A stretch of 64,000 nt of DNA from an uncultured Holophagales bacterium (GTDB taxonomy: Bacteria; Acidobacteriota; Thermoanaerobaculia; Multivoradales; UBA5704): positions 192,001 to 256,000 of the forward strand of contig CAWJGT010000034.1 in assembly GCA_963842525.1 (NCBI GenBank), given 5' to 3'. A program made the translations under genes and the position numbers. The notes under the pieces were generated by a model. That model did not search any database and was not told the DNA's origin. It saw only the letters and a list, made by a program, of their open reading frames with translations. Shown here one piece after another: positions 11,160-18,793 of this stretch (its first letter is position 1; each line of letters opens with the position of its first letter).

Positions 11160-11237
11160 GACTTGGCCTCCTTATGGAACGGACACGGCTTCCCCGCCGC
11201 TACGAAGCGGCAGACGAAGTGTTGCTGCGAGCGGGTG

Positions 11238-11537
11238 CTATGTCAGGAACGCTCGCGGGACATGGAGGATGTCCCGGGGGTGCGGAGGCGGATTGCCGTT
11301 TTCATCCGCCAAGGCAAGACGGGCGCCTTCGACCGGCGTGAAGCCCGACCTGAGCAGGTCTGGAAGGGTCGAGACGGAGTGCAGGCAGCAGAGGGAAAAG
11401 CCGGTGGTCGCAGTGCCACAGGTGCCCGTCCGTCCCGCGCAGCAGTCCCCGCAGGAGACCGCCCCGGCCACGACCGGCCAGAGGACGCCGAGCACGACGA
11501 GGCTCAGGAAGAGCCATGCGAAGCGACCACGCCACAT
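11238..11537 (-). CDS. Cys-rich secreted leader peptide (CruR/CutF/DUF2946-like architecture)
   Basis: Signal-like N-terminus, SCGDCC...TC...LCC, C-terminal PPPHPRDILHVPRA; first gene of the HMA/barrel operon. Alternative GTG at 11558. Confidence 0.72.
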   Translation of the reverse strand: MWRGRFAWLFLSLVVLGVLWPVVAGAVSCGDCCAGRTGTCGTATTGFSLCCLHSVSTLPDLLRSGFTPVEGARLALADENGNPPPHPRDILHVPRAFLT

Positions 11538-11643
11538 GCCGCCGATAGAGTACACCACTCAGCGTGAAGAATGCGTTCGAAGGGTTTGCCGCCGCCTCGG
11601 AGCGCAGCCTACCCGCCTTGACGGAGGTCCGAAGCAATCCCAA

Positions 11644-11817
11644 TCAGGGCGGGTCGTCCATCGCGCAGCCCAGCGCGGTCGTGTTGCAGGTGCAGGAACC
11701 AATGCAGGTGAGACCCGTGCCCTCCAAAGCTGCCGCGACCTGCCTCAGCTTCGGGTCGTCGAGGATTCTGAGGGTCTCGATCGACAGAACCAACTTCCCG
11801 GTCCGCTCCTTTCGCAT
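11644..11817 (-). CDS. Lanthipeptide-like RiPP precursor
   Basis: AAGGAGG RBS; leader MRKERTGKLVLSIETLRILDDPKLRQVAAA; core rich in Thr/Ser/Cys (TGLTCIGSCTCNTTALGC). Confidence 0.65.
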   Translation of the reverse strand: MRKERTGKLVLSIETLRILDDPKLRQVAAALEGTGLTCIGSCTCNTTALGCAMDDPP

Positions 11818-12027
11818 ACCGCCCTCCTTTCGACATATTCGCACGGCAGTGGCAGGCCTATGAGCCCACCGTTGCTCCCTTTTGCCGCAGACGAGTATAT
11901 TCCCCGGTCAGCGCCCCTACCATACCTGAACCAAGAGAAGGAGAAGAGACACAGCCACAAGGATCCACCTCGACCCACTCCGCGATCTGCTGCAACGGGC
12001 TCTCGCTGACGAAGAGCCGCGTGGCTC

Positions 12028-12765
12028 CTACCCGTACGTCGGCTTCTGGGGCCAGCCGGGAGGCGAGTCCTCGAAGTCCTCTTGCCGGCCGTAGGGCGTC
12101 ACGTCGAGGAGGCCGTAGGCGGTGGTGAGCCCTTCGACGCCTCGGGCGTAGGCCGAGTAGGTGTGGAAGACGTTGTCGTCGAGGTGAAAGAAGACGCTCA
12201 GGCCGTGCCCTTCTCCTTCCGCGAAGTAATGCTCGCTCCTCGCTTCGAGCTCGGACTTGTCTCGAAAGTTGTACATGATGGGCGCGACCTTCTCGTCCAA
12301 CGTGACATGGAAGTCATAGTTGAAGTCGCTGCCGTAGGACGAGAGCCACGGCAGGCTCCACCCCATGCGCGCCTTGTAGGCCTCCAGCTTGGCCAGCGGT
12401 GCCCGGGAGATGAGCACCACCGTGGTGTCGCGTTCGTGCAGCAGCGACAGGTCCCCCAGGTCGTTCACAAAGGCTGTGCAGCCCTGGCAGCCTTCGTCCC
12501 AATCCGGGTCGAACATGAAGTGGTAGACGATGAGCTGGCGGCGGCCGTCGAAGAGGTCGAGGAGGCTCGCCTTGCCGTTGGGGCCCTCGAAGACGTAGTC
12601 CTTGTCGATCCTGACCATCGGCTGCCGGCGACGTTCCGCGTTCAGCGCATCGCGGCGATGGGTGAGCTCTTTCTCCTTGGTGAGCAGCGCTTTGCGCGCA
12701 GCAAGCCATTCGTCTTGCGAGACGATGTCCGGATGTGCGATTTGGGTCTCTGTCATGACTGCCAT
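12028..12765 (-). CDS. DUF899 thioredoxin-like protein
   Basis: [48 protein letters not shown]; AAGGAGG RBS before 12765. Confidence 0.92.
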   Translation of the reverse strand: MAVMTETQIAHPDIVSQDEWLAARKALLTKEKELTHRRDALNAERRRQPMVRIDKDYVFEGPNGKASLLDLFDGRRQLIVYHFMFDPDWDEGCQGCTAFVNDLGDLSLLHERDTTVVLISRAPLAKLEAYKARMGWSLPWLSSYGSDFNYDFHVTLDEKVAPIMYNFRDKSELEARSEHYFAEGEGHGLSVFFHLDDNVFHTYSAYARGVEGLTTAYGLLDVTPYGRQEDFEDSPPGWPQKPTYG

Positions 12766-12867
12766 GATGATTCCTCCTTGGCTTTTCAAGGACATACATA
12801 GGCAAAATCTGTGCCCCTCGGGCGGGGTGCTCCGCCTGGCACCCTACTTGCAAAATCGCTCGGAGGC

Positions 12868-15087
12868 ATGTCTGAAGCCGCCATTCGCCTGGGTTGGCCG
12901 GCCGCCTGGCTCGGTCCTTCGCTGCTGGTCACCAACGAGCAGGGGGAGTGCGGGTCCGCCCAGCCGCTCACCGGATTCTATGTCCGCGAGACCCGGCACC
13001 TCTGCACCCTGCGCCTCGAAATCGACGGCGTACCGCCCTGGTGCTGCGAGCGGTCGCGTTCCGAGGCCGCGCAGCTCGCCTTCGTCTTCGCCCACCCCGA
13101 GCTCACCCGCTTCGGCGGCGGCGGCAGCGGGGTCTCCGGCGACGAGGTGACCACCGACGAGCACGGCATCCCCTACCGCGCTCTCGATCTCCGGCTGATC
13201 TACCGTCTCGAGCCCCACCGTCTGCACGTCACCTTGCGGCTTCACAACCGCTCACGCGCCCGGATCGCTCCCGAGGTGGCCTTTATCGTCGCCGCCGACT
13301 ATGCGGACCTGCTCGAGGCGTCCGAGGACCGGCGCCAGCAGGAGGCCCCGGTCACGGCCACAGCCGCCGAAGGCGTCATCCGGCTCCGCTACGAGCACCC
13401 GCGGCTCGCCTTCAGCACCGCCATCCAGGGCTGGGGCAGCGGCCGGATCACCGTGGAGCCCCACCGGTGGGCGAGCCGGGTCGAGCTGGCGCCGCAGGCA
13501 GGGGCGACGTTCGAGCTGCAGGTCGACGCCTTCGACCCCGACCAGGAGATGGACGAGACCGCCCGCGCGGCGCGCCTCCACCACCATCGGCAATGGAGCG
13601 AGGGCCTCACCCGGGTCGTGGTGCCAGGCAACCCCCTCGCCGAGCGCATCCTCGGCCGCGCCAGCGCCGACCTGGCCTCGTTCCCGAGCCTCGAAGGAGA
13701 ACGCGACGAGTGGCTGGCCTTGCAGGCGGGCATCCCGCTCTACCCCGCCTTCTTCGGCCGCGACGCCCTTACCGCCGGCTGGCAGGGCGCGCTCCTTGAC
13801 CGCGGCGCGATGCTCGACGCGGCCCTCACCCGGCTGGGCAGGTTGCAGTCGGACCGGGACTTTGCCTGGCGGGACGAGGAGCCGGGCAGGATCCCGTACC
13901 AGGTGCGCTCGGGCCCGCTCGCCAGGCTCGGGGTCAACCCCTTTTCCGCCTACTACGCGGACTTCGCCAGCCCGTTGATGTACGTCATCTCCGTCGCCAA
14001 CCTCTACGCCTGGACGGGAGAGCGCACCGACATCGAGCGGCATTGGGGAACCGCCTGCCGCATCCTGGAGTGGGCCGGCACCTATGGCGACCGCGACGGC
14101 GACGGCTACCTGGAGTACCTGACCCGCTCCCCCGCCGGCACCAAGAACCAGGGCTGGAAGGACAGCGGCGATGCCATCGTCTACGAGGACGGACAAACGG
14201 TCCCGCCGCCGATCGCCACCTGCGAGCTCCAGGGGTACTGGTATGCGGCCCAGCAGCTCATGGCCGTGCTCGCCTGGGTGATCGGCGAGCGCCGCCGCGC
14301 CCGCGAGTTGTGGCGCTCCGCCCGCGCGCTCAAGCGGCGGTTCAACCGCGACTTCTGGGATCCGGAGGAGCGCTTCTACGGCCTCGCGCTCGATCCCGAC
14401 AAGCGGCTCGTGCGCACCGCGACCTCCAACGTCGGCCACTGCCTGGCAACCGGCATCATCGCCCGCGAGCACCTGCGGGACGTCGCCGACCGCCTCCTCG
14501 CTCCCGACATGTTCAGCGGTTGGGGCATCCGCACGCTGACGGCCCGGCATCCGGCCTACAATCCCCTGGGCTACCACCTCGGCTCGGTATGGCCGGTCGA
14601 GAACGCGACCATCTGCTTCGGCCTGAGGCGGATGGGGTTCGGCGCCGAGGCGTTGCGCGTGGCCGATGCGCTCTTTCGACTGTCGGAGCTCTACACGGGC
14701 GACCGGATACCCGAGTGCGTGGGCGGCTATGCGCCCGACGAGCACCCCACCCCAGGGTCCTACCCGCGGTCGAACAGCCCGCAGATGTGGAACGCCAGCG
14801 CCCTGCCGCTGGTCCTGCAGTCACTCCTCGGGCTCATGCCCTACGCCGCCCGGCACATCCTTCTCGTCGATCCGCTCCTGCCGCCCTGGCTCCCAACGGT
14901 CGAGCTGCACGGGCTCCGGATCGGCCGTGCCACCGCCTCGCTGCGCTTCTGGCGCGACGAGAAGGACCGCACGCATACCCGGGTCCTCGAACAGGACGGG
15001 CCGCTCCACGTCATCCGGCAGCCACCACCCGAGGCGGTCGGCGTGGGGCTGGGGCAGAGGCTCCGTGCGCTTCTGCCCTCCAGGTGA
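12868..15087 (+). CDS. Amylo-alpha-1,6-glucosidase / glycogen debranching family protein
   Basis: AGIPLY..FFGRD, EEPGRIP, NQGWKDSGD, CELQGY, SGWGIRTL, YHLGSVWP; GGAGG RBS before 12868. Confidence 0.9.
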   Translation: MSEAAIRLGWPAAWLGPSLLVTNEQGECGSAQPLTGFYVRETRHLCTLRLEIDGVPPWCCERSRSEAAQLAFVFAHPELTRFGGGGSGVSGDEVTTDEHGIPYRALDLRLIYRLEPHRLHVTLRLHNRSRARIAPEVAFIVAADYADLLEASEDRRQQEAPVTATAAEGVIRLRYEHPRLAFSTAIQGWGSGRITVEPHRWASRVELAPQAGATFELQVDAFDPDQEMDETARAARLHHHRQWSEGLTRVVVPGNPLAERILGRASADLASFPSLEGERDEWLALQAGIPLYPAFFGRDALTAGWQGALLDRGAMLDAALTRLGRLQSDRDFAWRDEEPGRIPYQVRSGPLARLGVNPFSAYYADFASPLMYVISVANLYAWTGERTDIERHWGTACRILEWAGTYGDRDGDGYLEYLTRSPAGTKNQGWKDSGDAIVYEDGQTVPPPIATCELQGYWYAAQQLMAVLAWVIGERRRARELWRSARALKRRFNRDFWDPEERFYGLALDPDKRLVRTATSNVGHCLATGIIAREHLRDVADRLLAPDMFSGWGIRTLTARHPAYNPLGYHLGSVWPVENATICFGLRRMGFGAEALRVADALFRLSELYTGDRIPECVGGYAPDEHPTPGSYPRSNSPQMWNASALPLVLQSLLGLMPYAARHILLVDPLLPPWLPTVELHGLRIGRATASLRFWRDEKDRTHTRVLEQDGPLHVIRQPPPEAVGVGLGQRLRALLPSR

Positions 15088-15224
15088 AGCGGGCGCTTCG
15101 AACGAGACTGGCCTACCACCCTGGCCCCCTAAATTGCCGCACGCCAGCCCCGCAGGGGCGGTCGGCCTCGTTGGGGTGAGGGTGCCGTGCCATGCCCCAC
15201 ATTCTACCCCCTTCCACGCGCAGT

Positions 15225-15690
15225 GGTCCCGCGGGACCGGCAACGCACACCGCGGGAGCAGCTACATCCCACCGCGGGGAGTCGAATCGCTGCCGCGGCA
15301 GCGGCAACGCCCACCGCGGCAGCAGCCACATCCACCGCGGAGAGTTCGAACCGCCGCCGCGGCAGCGGCAACGCCCACCGCGGCAGCAGCTACATTCCTC
15401 GCGGGGAGTTCGAACCGGTCCCGCGGGACCGGCAACGCCCACCGCGGGACCAGCTACATCCACCGCAGGGAGTCGAATCGCTGCCGCGGCAGCGGCAACG
15501 CCCACAGCGAGAGCAGCTCCATCCACCGCGGGGAGTTCGAACCGCCGCCGCGGCAGCGGCAACGCCCACCGCGGCAGCAGCCACATCCACCGCGGAGAGT
15601 TCGAACCGCTACCGCGGCAGCGGCAACGCCCACCGCGGGAGCAGCTACATCCACTGCGGGGAGTTGAACCGCTCCCGCAGGACCAGGTTC
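15225..15690. repeat. Tandem array of ~22 units of 21-22 bp, each anchored on CCGCGG, with a 63-64-bp higher-order period
   Basis: Cycling units cgcggcagcggcaacgcccac / cgcggcagcagccacatccac / cgcggagagttcgaaccgccgc. Confidence 0.92.
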
Positions 15691-15763
15691 GAAATCCCGG
15701 GCTAATTCCGACCGCCTCTGCGGGGCTGGCAATGTACCGCCGAGGCAGTCTGACAAAGTAGAA

Positions 15764-16282
15764 TCAGGCTGAGGGTGGCTTCTGAGGCCAGCGAGCGAAG
15801 TAGCCGTCGAGCCACACAAGATCGCGGTCGAAGTCTTCAGGGTCGAATGGTCCAGTTCGGTATGAGGTACCCTCAAAGACGCCGTCGCGACCAGGGCTGC
15901 GGATGCCGATCACGTTTTCGTTGCGAAGAGTGTCCTTGCGCTCGAGACAGAACTCGTAGGGGTTGCCCCAGGGATCTCGCTCCGGAAGTACCTTGATGTA
16001 CTGAGGCACGAGAACGGCTTGGAGCTCCTCGAACGAGGCCCGCGGACAGGATGGCCAGTCGATGGGCTGCTGCGCATCGTCGGCAGCGAGCGCAAGTGCG
16101 CCGGCCGGAGGCGCCTCAGAGATCTGGTCCACCAGCCACGCCATCATTGCGGTTCCGATGTACCGCATATCTGCGATGGCGCCTTTCTGGGCTGCGCCAT
16201 TGTCGGCAGGTCTTTCAGCGGCAGATGAGAGGCCGGGGATCGCCAGGCACCAACTCAATGCGAGGAGCGTAACTCTATTCAT
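15764..16282 (-). CDS. Secreted protein with type II secretion GspG-like C-terminal domain
   Basis: Signal peptide; ADMRYIGTAM...LVPQYIKVLPERDPWGNPYEF...IRSPGRDG. No prepilin GFTLIE motif. Confidence 0.72.
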   Translation of the reverse strand: MNRVTLLALSWCLAIPGLSSAAERPADNGAAQKGAIADMRYIGTAMMAWLVDQISEAPPAGALALAADDAQQPIDWPSCPRASFEELQAVLVPQYIKVLPERDPWGNPYEFCLERKDTLRNENVIGIRSPGRDGVFEGTSYRTGPFDPEDFDRDLVWLDGYFARWPQKPPSA

Positions 16283-16342
16283 AGTGCATCTCCTATAGCC
16301 ACGATGTGAGGTGAGCTCTAGCGATTATCGCGCCGCCTAGCA

Positions 16343-16594
16343 GAGAAACGCTATCACGCCGCCTCGGACGCTCGACCTAGGTGCCATGCAGGTCGAGGAC
16401 CAGGAGCGGCAGGAGGCCGAGGATGGCGCAGCCTGCGGTCATCAGCTTCGGGCGGACGCGGCCGATGCTCGCTTCGCGCAGCGCGTCTTCGAAAGGCCTC
16501 CCCTCGGCGAGGAGCGATCGGGTCTGGGCCACCAGGACGAGGCCGTTCTGGACCGCGATGCCGAAGAGGCCGATCAGCCGACCAGGGAGGAGAC
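16343..16594 (-). pseudogene. Decayed duplicate of the czcA 3' end
   Basis: Matches ~18783-18805 (stop region) and, after an internal deletion, ~18942-19168, with scattered substitutions. Confidence 0.9.
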
Positions 16595-16665
16595 CGCCCC
16601 CGGAGGCGGTCGGCGTAGGGTTGGGGCAGCGGCTCCGCGCGCTTCTGGCCCCCAGGTGAAGCGGG
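16595..16665 (+). pseudogene. Decayed duplicate of the debranching-enzyme 3' end
   Basis: PPPEAVGVGLGQRLRALLAPR* versus PPPEAVGVGLGQRLRALLPSR* at ~15022-15093, including the post-stop agcggg. Confidence 0.9.
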
Positions 16666-16688
16666 ACGGAGAGAGGGGTCCGCGGGGC

Positions 16689-16716
16689 TTGCTTGACCAG
16701 CCCGTCGGGTTATACT
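16689..16716 (+). promoter_or_regulatory. Putative sigma70 promoter for the MazEF-like operon (possibly leaderless mRNA)
   Basis: TTGCTT-N16-TATACT ending 6 nt before ATG 16723; no obvious SD. Confidence 0.45.
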
Positions 16717-16722
16717 TGCGGT

Positions 16723-16959
16723 ATGAAGACGGCAATCTCAATTCCCGACGACGTGTTCGAAGAGGCCGAGCGCCTCGCCACCGAGTTGCAGACCTCTCGC
16801 AGCCAGCTCTACAGCCGTGCGCTGCGGGAGTTCGTGGCCAGGCATTCCACCGATCGCCTGACCGAAGCGATGAACCGAGTGGTCGACGAGGTGGGACCGG
16901 AGATCGACGAGTTTAGCCAGAAAGCCGCCTATCTAGTTTTGGAGCAAGTCGAGTGGTGA
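16723..16959 (+). CDS. RHH antitoxin (MazE/ChpI-like)
   Basis: MKTAISIPDDVFEEAERLA...SRSQLYSRALREFV; overlaps the toxin start. Confidence 0.88.
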   Translation: MKTAISIPDDVFEEAERLATELQTSRSQLYSRALREFVARHSTDRLTEAMNRVVDEVGPEIDEFSQKAAYLVLEQVEW

Positions 16960-17297
16960 TCAGCCAAGGCGAGATCTGGTGGGCCGACTTGAGGGAGCCA
17001 ACCGGATCAGGCCCTGGGTATCGGCGGCCAGTCGCCGTCGTACAGTGCGATGCGTTGAATCAAAGCCGGGTGGGCACGGTCGTATGTGTGCCGCTCACGA
17101 CTAATTTGAAGTGGGCAGACGCACCCGGAAATGTGCTCCTGACGGCAAGAGTGACGGGACTTTCAAAGGACTCATTCGCGAATGTCTCGCTGATTGTCGC
17201 CGTCGACAGACGGCAGATGACCGAATGCGTCGGCAAGCTGCCGCGGCGCCAATTGGAACTGGTGCTCGCAGGTATCGACACCGTTCTCGGGCGATAG
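16953..17297 (+). CDS. mazF: MazF/PemK-family toxin
   Basis: QGEIWWADL..PTGSGPGYRRPVAVVQ, VPLTTN, PGNV, GLSKDSFANV. Confidence 0.92.
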   Translation: MVISQGEIWWADLREPTGSGPGYRRPVAVVQCDALNQSRVGTVVCVPLTTNLKWADAPGNVLLTARVTGLSKDSFANVSLIVAVDRRQMTECVGKLPRRQLELVLAGIDTVLGR

Positions 17298-17571
17298 GCT
17301 ACACCTCACTGCCTCCTGATGAACGATGACGCTGGGCAAGCGTGCCCGGCGAACGTTACGGTTGTGTTACGGTTGATCAGCGGCACGTGGGCGCGAGTCC
17401 ACGTGTCCTTTGTATCATCGTGTTATGCGGCGTCTCCTCCAGTACGTGTGCTGCTCCTTCTGGCAAAACCTGAGATCTCTTGAAACTCGCGCTCCAAGAG
17501 CCTCTCTAATAGCCCGGCACCTTTCCGCCTTTTCCGGTCGCAGGCACTTTTTTGGGAACAGCAGCGGCCGT

Positions 17572-18342
17572 TCATGTCGGATCGGTCGTCAAGTTCGCGA
17601 AAAGGGCCGGTAGCACCTCCTTCAGTGCCAGGTATTCATCTGAGAACGTCACAGGGATCTCCTGGAGGCGCTCGGCCCGTTCTATGGCTTCGGCTGCTTG
17701 TTCGCGCGTGACGAGGCCGGGATGCAGACCAACTTCGCCGGTCTTTGTGATATGGACGTACAAGGCTGACTGCTTCTTGCGGTCGAGCGAGCCGTCGGCG
17801 ATTTTGCGCGCTTGTCCGGTCGACCAATCCGCATCCCTCCAAGGATAACCGCGCCCGAAGCGCTCGATTTCCTCGTGGCGGTAGATATTCAGCGCCGTCG
17901 CGACATCTGACGGAAACGAGACATCCGGTTCGACCGGCTCAGGGTCGTTCGGGTCGGGCGCGAAGTTGCCCTGCTTGTAACGGTCGATACACCTCTGCAG
18001 CCACGCCATTTTCTGCTCATGCCACTCCCCGCGGCGCTTGGATAGCTCCGCAAGAGCGGGCGAGTCCCAGGGCGGCAGCCATTCCATGACAAGGCCGAGC
18101 AGATGCTTGCATTCGTGCCGTGCCATCGACCGCTGCACTTCACGCACCCACGGCAGGGCGCCATCGGCGACGAGTTGCAGGAGGAAGGCCTTAGCGAACT
18201 CCTCCTGGGCGAGAATGGCTAAAGCAAGCGCTGTCGAGAATCGATCCCAATCGAACAGGAATTTCGCGTCTTCGAGAAGCTCTTTACCGTTCTTGGTCGT
18301 CGCGGAGATCGAGGCCTGCAGGACTTTGGGTTTCGGCTGCAT
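17572..18342 (-). CDS. AbiV-family (HEPN-like) abortive-infection protein
   Basis: NGKELLEDAKFL, ALAILAQEEFAKA, HECKH, KKQSALYV motifs. Start taken at MQPKP. Confidence 0.8.
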   Translation of the reverse strand: MQPKPKVLQASISATTKNGKELLEDAKFLFDWDRFSTALALAILAQEEFAKAFLLQLVADGALPWVREVQRSMARHECKHLLGLVMEWLPPWDSPALAELSKRRGEWHEQKMAWLQRCIDRYKQGNFAPDPNDPEPVEPDVSFPSDVATALNIYRHEEIERFGRGYPWRDADWSTGQARKIADGSLDRKKQSALYVHITKTGEVGLHPGLVTREQAAEAIERAERLQEIPVTFSDEYLALKEVLPALFANLTTDPT

Positions 18343-18514
18343 AGTTGACAATTCCAAGAAAGGGCGGAGCCCCATAAGTGCCACCTGATTCTACAACTCG
18401 GAGCCCCCTGTGATCCACACCCATACGCATAAGAGCTACGAGGAACGACAGCCTTTAGGGCTTCTACCTACCCGCCGCATAATTCTACTTTGTCAGATTG
18501 AGCCCGGCTTGCGA

Positions 18515-18735
18515 CTGCCCCGAAGGGGCAAAGGCGTAAAGCCTGGGGTTTCAACCCCAGGGACCTCGGCCCCCATCCAATCCTCAGCCCCGAAGGGGCG
18601 ACGGCATGGGCGAGGGGCGCGAGCCCCGCCTGCGGGTGGATGGAATGCCTGCGCCCCTTCAGGGCTCCAGAAAATTTGAGGGCGCCAACCTGGCGCTGAA
18701 GCGCCAGGCTTTATGCCCAGGCCCCTTTGGGGCCT
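18515..18735. repeat. REP/MITE-like palindromic element
   Basis: gccccgaaggggc twice, cctggggtttcaaccccagg and cctggcgctgaagcgccagg hairpins, inverted outer arms. Confidence 0.75.
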
Positions 18736-18793
18736 CTCCAACCGAAGCCGAGCGAATCTGACGGGACGCCCGCGCTCCCAGGGAGAAACGCGG

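Noticed and set aside
15225-15690. CRISPR array
   Set aside because: Contiguous tandem units with no unique spacers, and no cas genes in the window.
17350-17410. Short repeats gttacggttg x2 and cacgtg x2 as an att or integrase site
   Set aside because: Too short, with no integrase or tRNA nearby to support it.
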